Below, in pieces: positions 30,707-43,435 of a stretch of 64,000 nucleotides of DNA (positions are counted from its first letter, which is position 1; the number at the start of each line of letters is the position of its first letter). The notes beneath the pieces were generated by a model. The model had not been told where the DNA came from and searched no databases. It saw only the letters and a list, made by a program, of their open reading frames with translations. The stretch comes from Octopus vulgaris (taxonomy: Eukaryota). Both the position numbers and the translations under genes were made by a program. The DNA lies in the NCBI GenBank assembly GCA_951406725.2, contig OX597834.1, positions 45,074,001 through 45,138,000 on the forward strand, read 5' to 3'.

Positions 30707-30915
30707 GCCTGCCGGGCGAAATGCTTAGCGAATTTTGTCTGCCGTTACGTTCTGAGTTCAAATTCCGCCGAGGTCGACTTTGCCTTTCATCCTTTCGGGG
30801 TCGATTAAATAAGGTACCAGTTACGCACTGGGGTCGATCTAATCGACTTAATCCCTTTGTCTGTCCTTGTTTGTCCCCTCTGTGTTTAGCCCCTTGTGAG
30901 TAGTAAAGAAATAAG
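30707..30915 (+). mobile_element. SINE family B variant with Tx1-like 3' tail
   Basis: Well-preserved body followed by tgtcccctctgtgtttagccccttgtgagtagtaaagaaa. Confidence 0.9.
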
Positions 30916-31105
30916 AATCGTTAGCACGCTGCCCAAAATGTTCTGCAGCACTTCGTCCGTCTTGACTTTCCGAAATCAAATTCCATCGATGTTGACTTTG
31001 CATTTTATCCTTTAGCGATCGATGAAATAAATATCTGGTGAGATTGGAGTCGATGTAATCGATTTATCTTTCCCGAAATTGCTGTCCTTGCGCCAAAATT
31101 TGAAA
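30915..31105 (+). mobile_element. SINE family B, older copy directly abutting the previous one
   Basis: agaatcgttagcacg...gatgtaatcga...ccttgcgccaaaatttgaaa. Confidence 0.8.
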
Positions 31106-32162
31106 ATAATATTACAACTATAGAAACACAACATAACGTAAATATCATACTATAACTAGTAATACTAAAATATAACCAATAATATAAATTTAGTATTTTA
31201 ATCTCATTGTATTTATAATATAAACATAGTTCTGAGAAATATTTACAGGATAACTGTGCTCACACGACGAGCAATAATTTTCTTTTCAGTCAGCTTTCGA
31301 TGTTGGAAGCAACTCGAGAGATTCACACTTTTATCGTAATATGATTATGTCTGTTATGTAGGACAAAAGAACGGAAGAAATAACAACACAAAAAAAAAAT
31401 CTAGGAGAAACCGAACTTTTGTAGTAGCGGGGAAACTACAAATTAGCGCATAATAATTGGAAAATTTTATAATGAGCACGTACAGCCGTTAGAAATAGAC
31501 AAAGTAACTCAGGAAATACAGAGTGTAATGTTTATAGCATATAACTGAATTAGGAGTATAGAATTGTGATGGATTAACTTGTATCAATTTATATAGACAG
31601 TTTCATTACGATATGAAATATAGTCTCGTGTCTAATGAGGTCTACTAGGAGGAATATAACAAGGAAAACTACAGACAGTGTGTGTGCGTGAGTGTTTGTG
31701 TGTGTGTGTGTGAGTGTGTGTGTGTGTGTGAGGGAGAGAGAGAGAGAGAAAGAGAGAGTGTGTGTGTGTGCGTGTGTGTATGTATGCGTGTGCTCACGCA
31801 CGTATAATTATGCTTTTATTCTTTACTTGTTTCCCCCACTGGGCAACGGCCATGTGTCACATTCATGAGATATTTAGTCGATCACATTAAACCAAGTACT
31901 TATTATATTTAAAAGTTTTACCAGTCACTTTTAACGAACCATTTGTTACAAGGTTATAAACAAACCACCAACGGCTGTAATGTATTTGGAGTGAAACACA
32001 AAGACACATAAATGTACAATATACACATACATACATATATGTGTGTCTAGTCAGATAGTTCGTTATTGATAATACATCGAGTCTCATGCTTATGGGGAGC
32101 GAACGATTAACATACAAAGAAACCTTCAACCTCATACTTAGACATCAGTGGAATATATCGGT

Positions 32163-32372
32163 GTCCAAATTTGGCACAAAACCAGCAACACCAGGAGGAA
32201 GGGAAAGTCAGTTACATCATCTCCAGTGCTCAAGTGGTACTTGTTTTATCGACCCGGATATGATGAAAGGCAAAGGCGACCTCGGCGGAATTTGAATCCA
32301 GAGCGTTAAGTGACTGAATTGCTTCTAAGCAATTTTCCCGGCGCGCTAAAGATTCTGTAAGCTCGCCACTTC
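32163..32372 (-). mobile_element. SINE family B
   Basis: gatgaaaggcaaaggcgacctcggcggaatttgaa...gattctgtaagctcgcc. Confidence 0.85.
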
Positions 32373-32526
32373 AACGAAGGCATATTTTGATATTCTGCTT
32401 CCTTTGCAAGGATGTGTTATGGCCTGGGTAAAAGGTGGAGGATATAAATCATTACAAATATCGTAAGTGTGAGTGAATAAGGATTGACACTTGCAAGGAT
32501 GGATAAATCTTGAGTAAAAAAATTTC

Positions 32527-32945
32527 AGTGGCTGTGTGGTAAGTAGCTTGCTAACCAACCACATGGTTCCGGGTTCAGTCCCACAGCGTCGCACCTTCGA
32601 CAAGTGTCTTCTACTATACCTTCGGGCCGACCAAAGTCTTGTGAGTGGATTTGGTAGACGGAAACTGAAAGAAGCCCGTCGTATATATGTATATATATAT
32701 GTATATATGTGTGTGTATGTGTGTGTATATGTTTGTGTGTCTGTGTTTGTCCCTTCAACATCGCTTGACAACCGATGCTAGTGTGCTTACGTCCCCGTAA
32801 CTTAACGGTTCGGCAAAAGAGAGTGATAAAATAAGTACTAGGCTTACAAAGAATAAGTCTTGGGATCGATTTGCTCGACTAACGTCGGTGCTCCAGCGTC
32901 GCCGCAGTCAAATGACTGAAACAAGTAAAAGAGTAAAAGAGTAAA
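32527..32945 (+). mobile_element. SINE family A, near full length
   Basis: A-box tggctgtgtgg, B-box-like ggttcagtccc, internal (TA)n(TG)n, tail cagtcaaatgactg and (gtaaaaga)n. Confidence 0.92.
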
Positions 32946-33327
32946 TGAATATTGTATCTTCATGTCTGAAGTAAAAGTGGTATAACTGAGGTTAATATTA
33001 TGCAAAGTGCAAAATAAATTTGTATTATAATTTGACCAAGTTTGGGGAAGCGAAGTAAATTACTGCTATCTCAAAGTAGATATTGAACAGTAGTTGGTAT
33101 TGGATATGAAGGTAACAATGCAAGAATTATTCTATCGTATGCTGCGGTAGAGATGTACAATAAGAAATATAAGACCTATGAAAGAAGAAATATTTATTAA
33201 AGGATTAAAGGTGAGGAATATAGATATTTTGATTGTTGGAGGTAAATAGGTGAATGTTGACCGATTCAATCGCCTGGTATTTTATCGAATGGTGATATAT
33301 TATTAAAAAATAATAATTTTAGTAGAT

Positions 33328-33499
33328 AGGCGCAGGAGTGGCTGTGTGGTAAGTAGCTTACTAACCAACCACATGGTTCCGGGTTCAGTCCCACTGCGTG
33401 GCATCTTGGGCAAGTGTCTTCTGCTATAGCCCCGGGCCGACCAATGCCTTGTGAGTGGGTTTGGTAGACGGAAATTGAAATAAGCCTGTCATATATATG

Positions 33500-33530
<31 letters not shown>

Positions 33531-33750
33531 TTGTGTGTCTGTGTTTGTCCCCCTAGCATTGCTTGACAACCGATGCTGGTGTGTTTATGTCCCCGTTACT
33601 TAGCGGTTCGGCAAAAGAGACCGATAGAATAAGTACTGGGCTTGCAAAAGAATAAGTCCCGGGGTCGAGTTGCTCGATTAAAGGCGGTGCTCCAGCATGT
33701 CCGCAGTCAAATGACTGAAACAAGTAAAAGAGTAAAAGAGTAAAAGAGAG
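33328..33750 (+). mobile_element. SINE family A, full length
   Basis: ggcgcaggagtggctgtgtggtaagtagc...CORE-like cttgggcaagt...ggcggtgctccagcatg...(gtaaaaga)x3. Confidence 0.95.
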
Positions 33751-34496
33751 AGTCTGTGAATCTGTTGCTGAATATGACTCTTCTCAGCAATGCCTGAAAT
33801 GCAATATCTTCAATATTTTCTATGTAGCTTACATATCAAATGGATCTACAACCTGATGTTGAATGCTGTAGCATGTTCTTTCAAACACCAGGGATAACTG
33901 GATGATGTTTTTTCTGCACTTTTGCACCATGTGGATGCAATAATATAAACGTTTAAACGTTAACTCATTAATTTTCACATATTTTGCCAGCTAAAAGGAA
34001 CCACAGAAAGTCATGAACATTAATTAGAAATAATTGAATGGATAAATAATTAAATGTATACCATAGAGGATTGAAGTTGTATTGTCGTATTCGGTCGTCA
34101 CAATCTACACAATGTCATGAATAACACCACTCTCTACAAAAGGCGAAAGGGAATTTAGCAAAACGGTACTATCCACGTTATTTTTCCTGTAGCAAAAGGG
34201 CCAATAATTCTGTATTTAAATATATGCAAAGGGTTATGCCTCGCCATTTTGATATTAATAACACCCAACCACCATTGCTACTGTGCTTCAACATTCTATT
34301 GATCTATCTATCGATCGATCGATCTATTTGTTTACCTGTCTCTTTATCTATCTTCCTCTCTCTCGACCTAGCTGCGAATTATCGGAGCGAACTGGCCTCT
34401 TCCTATCTTTCAACATATTTACATGAATGTGTGTGTGTGTATGTATGAATGTGTATACATATGTATATGTATACACACACTCACACACACACACAT

Positions 34497-34552
<56 letters not shown>

Positions 34553-34928
34553 AAGTCAAGTACCATATTCTTGTGAATTCAATAGAACTCATTTGAATCT
34601 TAATTGCTTAAATACATACATATATATGTATATACTTACATGCATAAATATATATATATATATACGTACATACATATATATGTATATATATATATATATA
34701 AATTTCCTTGCAAAATTATGTTGAAACTATAAATTATATATGTATGTGTGTGGCTATGTGAGTATAGATAGATAACTGGTTAGATAGATAGATAGGTTTA
34801 TATGGATATACGTGTATATAAATATGCTGACACCCACATACGTACGGATACAGTACATATACGTATATATATATATATATGTGCTTGTGTATGTATATCT
34901 ATCTGTCTACATACATATATATTATATA

Positions 34929-34967
<39 letters not shown>

Positions 34968-35259
34968 TTGTATGTATGTATCTACATTCCCATACGTGCT
35001 TGTTGTGTGTATACATCTCTATCATCTATGTTAAACACTCTTGCTAAGTGACATTATTGTGGTGAATTAATGGTCTACGGGGAACGTAAAAGCGCACGAC
35101 TCTCTGATCAAATATTTGATGACATCTCAGCTCTTTTGCGTTAGGGAATACGATTACAAACACTCCGTGAAGGCAAAACATAGCTCTTGGGATACATTTA
35201 TAATTGCTGTTGTTGTTATGTTTAACGTTTATTTCTATTAATACTATTAGTAGTCGTAG

Positions 35260-35443
35260 CCGACGCGCTGGCAAAATAGGTAGCCCACAGGGAAAAATGC
35301 GTAGCGACGTTCCTTCGGACATTACCCTCTGTGTTCAAATGCTGCCTGTCATCGTTTTGGTGTCGATAATACAAGTACCAGTTGAACACTAGAGTCTTGT
35401 CAACTCCCTCGATATTGCTAGCCTTGTGCTAAAATTTGAAAGC
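35260..35443 (+). mobile_element. SINE family B, degenerate
   Basis: gtcgataatacaagtaccagttgaacact...gccttgtgctaaaatttgaaa. Confidence 0.65.
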
Positions 35444-35461
35444 TTTATTATTATTATTATT

Positions 35462-36010
35462 GAGTGAGAGAGCAGTGCATGCCATCAAAGTGACAGTGGG
35501 GTAAAATATACGAAGCCCAGTATACTCATCATGACTACCCGTCTGATAAGGGTACACTAGGCACATGTATCATAACCATACGTGCGCGACATGGTGACCT
35601 CATAACAAGATAAACAGCACATGACCTTTCAGGGGGGGGGGGGGAGTTACAATTTTCCTCTGGTCGAGCAACACATCTCACTGAAAAGGTCCCTGAATAA
35701 GGGTTGTTTAATGACGTTGAACGAGACACCCATATTTCCAGAGGTGAATTATTCAAACCCCAAAGAACCCACCTCAACACATGGCTAAGATGCTCCTTCA
35801 TTACTTCTGCTCGTGATCATAGATGCACATATCGTCAACCACTAAGGGACATGCTCAACTGATTATGGTCAAACAACTGACAAGCAAGTCTGTGGTATTG
35901 AGCAGAATATTTGCTGTAGCCCATCTTTTATACCAAGACAAAACAATATACATGATAACACTTCCAATCAGTTAAGATCAGAAGCCATGAGAGCCACTGC
36001 CTGGTACTGC
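35462..36010 (-). mobile_element. Element T (about 550 bp, non-coding) embedded in (TAA)n; strand given relative to the 63523 copy
   Basis: (att)n on both sides; reverse complement matches 63523-64000 with long exact runs. Confidence 0.85.
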
Positions 36011-36022
36011 TATTATTATTAA

Positions 36023-36094
<72 letters not shown>

Positions 36095-36120
36095 AAGTAG
36101 TAGTAGTAGTAGTGGTGGTG

Positions 36121-36153
<33 letters not shown>

Positions 36154-36199
36154 CAAATATAACTCCAAAGATATAATTTGATGATGATGATGGTGGTGA

Positions 36200-36410
36200 T
36201 TTCAAATGTTTGTACAGTATCAGTAAGTTCTGGATGGGGGTTAATCCTTTACATCGACCCCTGTACTGAACGGATACTTATATTGTCGATCCGGAAAAAA
36301 TGAAAAACAAAGTCTACTTCTATGTTGGCTTGAACTCAGACTGTAAGGACGAACGAAATGGCCGTACGCATTTTGTCCGGGGTTTCCAACTATTCCGCCA
36401 GTAACCGCGT
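36200..36410 (-). mobile_element. SINE family B, degenerate
   Basis: acatcgacccc...ttgaactcaga...gcattttgtccgg. Confidence 0.7.
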
Positions 36411-37184
36411 TAGAAATAACAGCAACAGCAAAAACAACAACAACAACAACAATAATAATAATAATATTAATAATAATAATAATAATGATGATGACGACAA
36501 TGATGATGATAATGTTTTTGACACCTTTATTAGTCTCACGGCTTCCAGAGAGATCACTAACACTACAAAAATTAGGTCTTAATAGTCAGATGAGTGGGTA
36601 GTTATGAATAAAATATAAGAAAATCAAACCCAATTATGTTAGGAATAACCCTTTAATACAAAACCCATTCCGCCATAGATATGGCGAGACTACCTACGAT
36701 GGCCGCATGTTCAAATCTCACAAAGCTATTGTCGAAATTGTCATTGATGCCATCCGTTTTCTCAAACTTTTTCTCTGACTCTAAAGCTCATGCTAAGAGC
36801 TCACCTCTTTGCCCTGACCATGCACGCCATTTCGATTTTTCTCGTGAGATCATTTTGTTGTTTCCAAATTATTATTGTCGACAACCAAAATTAATTGGAA
36901 TCGAAGTAGTGGAGATTTGTTCCATTATCAGCTGACAAAATCGCTTGTTTCTAGCTATGATTCTATTGATTGAGGAACTAATTAATTATATAATTAACTA
37001 ATTAGTTAATTAATTTGATATTTAGTTTATTATTATTACTATTAATACCAACCTTATTAGATTATGCGGTTCGCCTGGAATTTTTGATGGTTCTGGATGA
37101 CGTCATTATGTTTGTGTCGAAAAAGTTTGCTACTGTTTGTGTCAACAAAATACTGTTCCCAGTTCAAGTTTACTCTGAGAATAT

Positions 37185-37342
37185 ATGCGTAGGAGTGGCT
37201 GTGTGGTAAGTAGCTTGCTCACGAAGCACATTGTTCAGGGTTCAGTCCCACTGCGTGGCACCTTGGGCAAGTGTCTTCTACTATAGCCTCGGGCCAACCA
37301 AAGCCTTGTGAGTGGATTTAGTAGACGGAAACTGAAAGAAAC
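37185..37342 (+). mobile_element. SINE family A, 5' half
   Basis: gcgtaggagtggctgtgtggtaagtagcttgc...agacggaaactgaaagaa. Confidence 0.9.
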
Positions 37343-37823
37343 TAATTTATGAGCGCATGACAAGCGATGACCGATAAGATGAGGTTACTTGGGTAAGGAA
37401 TGACCATGCTTCTTTGCTCTTTTAAAAATGCTTCGTGTTCTTGTTCTTGTTTAAAACATGACTGCCTCTGTGTAGTTATTCGTGTTGTTGTTTACTTTGT
37501 AAAACTGTAAGGGAAGAGGGATGCTAGCACATCACTCTCCTATCTACTTGTCTCCTAAAATCAGGCATAACTTGCCGATCGGTCGACTTAAAACACCTTT
37601 CTGGAATGCCAAACTTTGTTAACCTGACAACAAGGTCGAAGTGAAATCTGATGGGCTGTATGGAAAAGAGTTCATTACTGGGGGCCAGAAATTGCGTGGG
37701 AAAAAATTTCGCGTCCTTGCTTAGTGTGTTTTGAACAGAGACATTTCTGCTGTAAGCATTTGGTAGAAACAAAACATCCTATCATCGTCTTAATAACTCT
37801 GACGTTGGTTATATACGCATACC

Positions 37824-37862
<39 letters not shown>

Positions 37863-37993
37863 GTATATGCATACATATAGATTCAATCCTTATATAAATC
37901 TATATACAACCATTCACATATACACGCTTGCATATGAGCATACATGTATATGTATGTGTGTGTGTATATACATGTGTGTATGTATGCATATAT

Positions 37994-38030
<37 letters not shown>

Positions 38031-39010
38031 GAGAGAGAGAGAGAAAGAGAGAGATATAAACTGCATACATACATACATACATACCTACATATGCATGCAA
38101 AAACATAAGAATACATACATCTAGACAGAGAAACAGAAAGGTACACATACAGACACGAATGTGCATGTTGTGTGAATCTGTGAGTGTACATATATTTACG
38201 TAAGGCATCTGAAAATTTACTATGAATATATATTTGTCTGAAAGTGTCAGGTGTGTGTGAAAATTAGTAACTAAAATAAACAAAAAATATTGCATGTATG
38301 ATGTTTACATACAGAGATGCACATGCACAAGAATATATACTTACCTACATACATAATTGCATATATACATACGTACTTACTTACGTCCGTTCATACATAT
38401 ATAACTATGTATGTTAGTATAATAAATGGATCCATTTAGATTCTCCTATACAGACAATGTCTCCCCATACACACATATATAAGACCACGAACATAACTAG
38501 CTTTTCAATGCAAATCTAATCACTTTCTAAAAACGCTTTGGGACATTTCTGAGCGTATAAAACTCGGTTGTCTTATTTTGTCTTCAATTACAGGAGAGGG
38601 AGAAAACAAAATAACATTCAGAGAATGTAAGTGCAATATCTGGGTTAAATTCTGTTCGTGGATAGAATATTTTAAAACAAATATGCCGATGGAATCGAGA
38701 TCAAAAGGCAAACCACGAGAGACTGGAGGGAGGAAGAATCAAACTAAACAACGACGTGAATAAGATGAAAGTTGTGCAGAAGACAAAACATTGTATGGAA
38801 AACAGAAAGGTCACGTGGAAAGAACGATGCGTGTAGTACACCGATGCACACACACAGGCACACTCACACACACACACAGACACATATATATATGTGTTTG
38901 CAAATACATATCTGTCTGTTTGTGTGAGTCTGTGTGTGTGTGTATGCATAGATACACATACACGAACACTTATACATACAGGGATACAAACGCAAACACA
39001 CACACACACA

Positions 39011-39099
<89 letters not shown>

Positions 39100-39821
39100 G
39101 AGCGGTTGTATAAGTGTGTCTGTGCCAAAGTGTAAATGTAGATCTATACATCCGTACATATACACATACATATACATATATATATATGTGTATATGCATG
39201 TATATATATATACATATTTACATGCGTACATATATATATATATATATATATACGCATGCATATATGTACACATAGACACACACACACACATATGCATAGA
39301 TATATGCGTGCATGCATACAGGTACATGGAGATGGCTGGAAGGGGCAGAGATGGGAGAGAGACAGATAAACGTAAGAGTGGAAGACAAAGAAACTGTAGA
39401 TAAAGGCCCGGGTTTCTTTTGTTATTGTTGTTTTTCTTCTTTATTCTCTTGGAACTTCAAAGTCGAACGTGAAAGTCGACTTGCACCGAAAATAATGAAA
39501 AATAAACAGAGATTAACAAAGTCAAGCGCCATAGATATATTACTGCTGAAATTAGCAAAACTAAACCAAGAGCATGTTTAGCCGTTTGTATAAAGTCTCA
39601 CCGAGTTCGTTGAATTCAACTGTGGTGGTATAGTATGAAGTGGTAGGCGTATTAAATCCAATGGTGACCATTACGCATATAACTGAAATTTGTTTATTGA
39701 ACAATTACGTTGGCCCCTATGGTTATTTCACGGATGAATTGAATGGCTTATGTGATTCTTCTTTCCTTTTTCCTTCGCGGTATTTTGTTTTTTCAGTTGA
39801 TATATAACAGGTACAGTGTAT

Positions 39822-40040
39822 TAGGCAGCGAGCTTTCAGAATCGTTAGCACGTTGGACGAAATGCCTCTCGGTATTTCGCCCCTCGCTACGTTCTGAGTT
39901 CAAATTCTCCCGAGGTCGACTTTGTCTTTGAGCCTTTCGGGGTCCATAAATTGAGTACCAGTGAAACACTGGGGTCAATGTTATCGAATAGTCCCTTCCC
40001 CATGAATTTCATGACTTGTGTCTTTAGTAGAGAAGATTAT
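39822..40040 (+). mobile_element. SINE family B, full length
   Basis: aggcagcgagctttcagaatcgttagcacg...gttctgagttcaaattc...ctggggtc. Confidence 0.88.
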
Positions 40041-40159
40041 GTATACCTATATAACGGATAATGAGGCTATCACTCCTGCACCTGTATATAAACTTCAATT
40101 TATAAAATGAAATAAACTTAAGAGGGTTTCATACGGAAAGTAATACAACGTGGAACACA

Positions 40160-40322
40160 TGTGGGCAGGTATGACTATGTAGTAAAAAGCTTGTTTCACA
40201 ATAATATGATTCTGCGTTCAATCCTACCTTGGACAAGTGTCCTCCACAAATGTAATATTGCTCCGGAGAGACCATTGCCTTATAAGTGAATTTAGTAGAC
40301 AGAAACTGAAAGAAATCCGCCA
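40160..40322 (+). mobile_element. SINE family A, degenerate 5' half
   Basis: ccttggacaagtgtc...agtagacagaaactgaaagaa. Confidence 0.6.
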
Positions 40323-40494
40323 TACATGATCGCTAAATCCACAAGTTTTTAAATTTTTTTCTTGAAACGATAAGGACAGAGGAAACGGTGTTTCCTATGG
40401 ATAGGTCAATAACAGTAGCATTCTTCCTTTTTATGGGAATGTAACATTAAGTTGACAACGTGCTATCACTTTTTTCTTTTAATCTCTGTTTATT

Positions 40495-40622
40495 TCCTAT
40501 TATTTCTTTCTGTTGAAGAGCGTATGCTCGAAACGTAAAACTTTTCTCCCTTTCCCGAGCGTCAAACTACCTGCTTGTAGTTCATACTCCTGTCTTCGTC
40601 TTTTGTTTTTCTGTAAATTTCG
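40495..40622 (+). mobile_element. Family H repeat with minimal hammerhead motif (40507-40540)
   Basis: ttt-CTGTTGA-a-gagc-gtat-gctc-GAAA-cgta-aaa. Confidence 0.6.
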
Positions 40623-40648
40623 AATATACACACACACATTTGTATATT

Positions 40649-40708
40649 GTATATTGGCAATTGCGAATTTCGCTTTTTACTATATTATTTCGAAGATTTG
40701 TATATATG

Positions 40709-40752
<44 letters not shown>

Positions 40753-40764
40753 AACATTTGTATT

Positions 40765-40802
<38 letters not shown>

Positions 40803-41202
40803 AACATACATACACATTTATATATACATATATGTATATTCAGACACATATTTATACATACACAAACATACATGTGAATGTGTGTGCATGCTTGTATATA
40901 TTTATGTGTTGTGTGTCATCTTGTGTGTGTTCGAATTCCTTATTTATATACAATGGAGAAAGCCCCAGCGTTGAAAAAATTATACTGGTATCGATTCGTT
41001 CCACCAAAATCCCCGCAAGGTGGTGCCTGAGCATGATCACAGTCCAGTGACTGAAAAAGAGAAATATAAATAATAAACGACATTTATAAGGAGACTAAAT
41101 TATATAAATAGATGACGGGCGGAGAGGAAATTCATGTGTAATTTCAAGCGAAAATCTTCGAAATAATATAGTAAAAAGCGAAATTCGCAATTGCCAATAT
41201 AC
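40649..41202. repeat. Perfect 51-bp inverted repeat pair (40649-40699 and 41152-41202)
   Basis: gtatattggcaattgcgaatttcgctttttactatattatttcgaagattt and its exact reverse complement. Confidence 0.92.
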
Positions 41203-42773
41203 GAAGGTGTAAGGTAGACAATAGGTGAGACAGTTTGTGTATGAATTAGAAAATTGAAATCACAGTTAAAAGGAAAGAATTGAAGATAGTTAATCGAAGC
41301 ATCGAGGTGTGAATTAATTAAAAGTATTATAGGAATATTTTATTGGTAAATGTCATTAGAGAAGTGATGGGTGTATTAGATATCGAAAGACCAAACGTGT
41401 ATGAACGGTCCATTGATATTAACTATAGGCAAATTAATGATTCGTATCGATGTAAACGTATATGTATATGACCGAGTTATCAAAACGGACAAGATCTAAA
41501 TGTTAGAAACTCTACAGCCGTGAAAAGCAGAAATCAATTCATATTGAGGAATATTTAGAAATAAATAAATAATTAAATAAATGGATAAATAAATAAATGT
41601 AAATTAATTCACAGATATGTGATTTTATCTGAAAGCCTTTGAACGAATTTGTACATAAATGAGTGCTTATAAGTATGTATGCATGTATGTATATATATAA
41701 GTATATATATGTACCTATGTGTGTCCGTGTCTGTCCGTCTGTACGTAAGTATGTATATATATATATATATATATACGCGTGTATATTTATATGCATACTT
41801 CTATATGCAATATGTATGTATATATATATTTACATATACATACATGCATACATATGTGTGTGTGTGCGTGTGTGTATCAAACAAAATTGTAGATGGATCA
41901 TAATAAATATAAATTAAATTAGCAATGGTTTTGAGTGAAAGAGATAGAGTCTATCATGGATAATTGAGAAATCAAAGAAAAGAAGGCCGGGGTCAAAATA
42001 ACCCGTTCTGACACCATATCTGAATCTTGTGAATAGTTGTTAAACGGCAGCACCGTATGCCTACAGCTATTCATCTGTTATAAGAGATAATCTTTTTTCT
42101 GAAATTAACTGGAAAGAAAGGAAATCCATATATGGAAACAATACTGTAGTTCATGAGCTGAAGAAGGAAGTAGAAAGGGCTTTGTCCTGCTAAAACATTA
42201 GTGAAATGGAAACTTGAAAATGTTTATGGGAGTTTGGCCCCTAAGGGAAGTGATTGTCTCCAGCCCTTTCAGTGTTGCCCATCAAACAAACAAGTTTTCC
42301 AAACGTGTATTATTGTATTACTCCTGTGTGAGCGGTACAATAATACTTGTTAAAATCATTATAGATGCAATCTTCTTAATGTAGTGGTTGCATGAATGTC
42401 CAAGGGAAGCGGTGAGTAACATGTGAATCCACAGAACTCAGTGATTCACTGATAAAATTAATGAGGCTTAAAACCATTGGTAGCTTTTAGGAGAAAACAA
42501 AGATTTATTCGTTTATGACGAGAGGCAAATGGATAGGCGAAAAACGTGCAATAGAGTGGAACAAAAATAATCATGTTTTTTTTGCTTGTAACATCGAAGC
42601 AATGCTTGGAATTGCTGTTTCTATTCAGAATAGACGGAACCGCTTATTGTTTTATGACGAGGAAATAGTCGTACTACAGTGTGAACTGAAAGAGCTGGCG
42701 ATTCGCTGATACGCCCAATGAATTTTGAAAACGCTGAAGATATAAGGAGAAATCAAAGACTTAACAGTTAATG

Positions 42774-42803
42774 CACTTTGATCTTAGCCAAAAAGCCGAG
42801 AAG
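42774..42803 (-). pseudogene. U2 snRNA 5'-terminal fragment
   Basis: Minus strand cttctcggctttttggctaagatcaaagtg versus U2 5' end (AUCG)CUUCUCGGCCUUUUGGCUAAGAUCAAAGUG; the remainder of U2 is absent. Confidence 0.8.
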
Positions 42804-43435
42804 GAACAAGCTAAACAATTAATGGATGAAAGAAAGTGTATTCTAGAGATTCACTGGAAGTAGCAATGATGGTTGAGTCTGCTGAGAGTTTGAGAATAAA
42901 TCAAACGATTCTGGGTTTTAAAGATGGGAAAAGACGCGCTGTAATGTTATAAAGAACACAGTTATATTCTGATAGCGTGAATGAAGCTTCGAACATATGT
43001 TAGTATTTTTCTTGGCATAAACCGAAAGCCAAAAAACCCGCAATGTTGCTTAGAATTGCTGTCTTATTATTCTTTAGGATAAACACACAAAAAAAAAAAT
43101 GGTGTATACTAAACATTGGTGGTGGAATTTTAAAATAGATTTCTGGGTAACGTAACGGATTCGATAAACTTCATACTGGCTGATCAATGTGGACAGGATG
43201 GCACATAATGAAAATGTCAGTTAAAGTAATTGTGTTTGCCAATATAATTTCGAAAACATTCCGGCGTTTGTTTTGTTGGCAAATATATTTGTTGTTTACG
43301 TAAAATTTTGCGAACGAGACTGTCTTTCTTTTAGATTATATTTACAACACTGGTTATACCAACGAAGATTTAAATGATTTGGCCCTGGCATGGATGTGAT
43401 CAATTAATTTTAGAGGAACACTGTGTTGCTGTCAC

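Noticed and set aside
35965-36010. Resemblance of the element T end to U2 snRNA (atcagttaagatcaga; cctggtactgc)
   Set aside because: Two short mismatched patches with the wrong spacing
36680-36900. Possible mariner C-terminal relic (RWPHV...HPFSQ); also a Tc1-like N-terminus at 5700-5850
   Set aside because: Too degenerate to distinguish from chance
41960-42560. Possible RTE-type RT relic; similar hints at 29900-30120 and 48740-49400
   Set aside because: Only scattered 3-5 residue resemblances across frameshifts; cannot be supported without an HMM search
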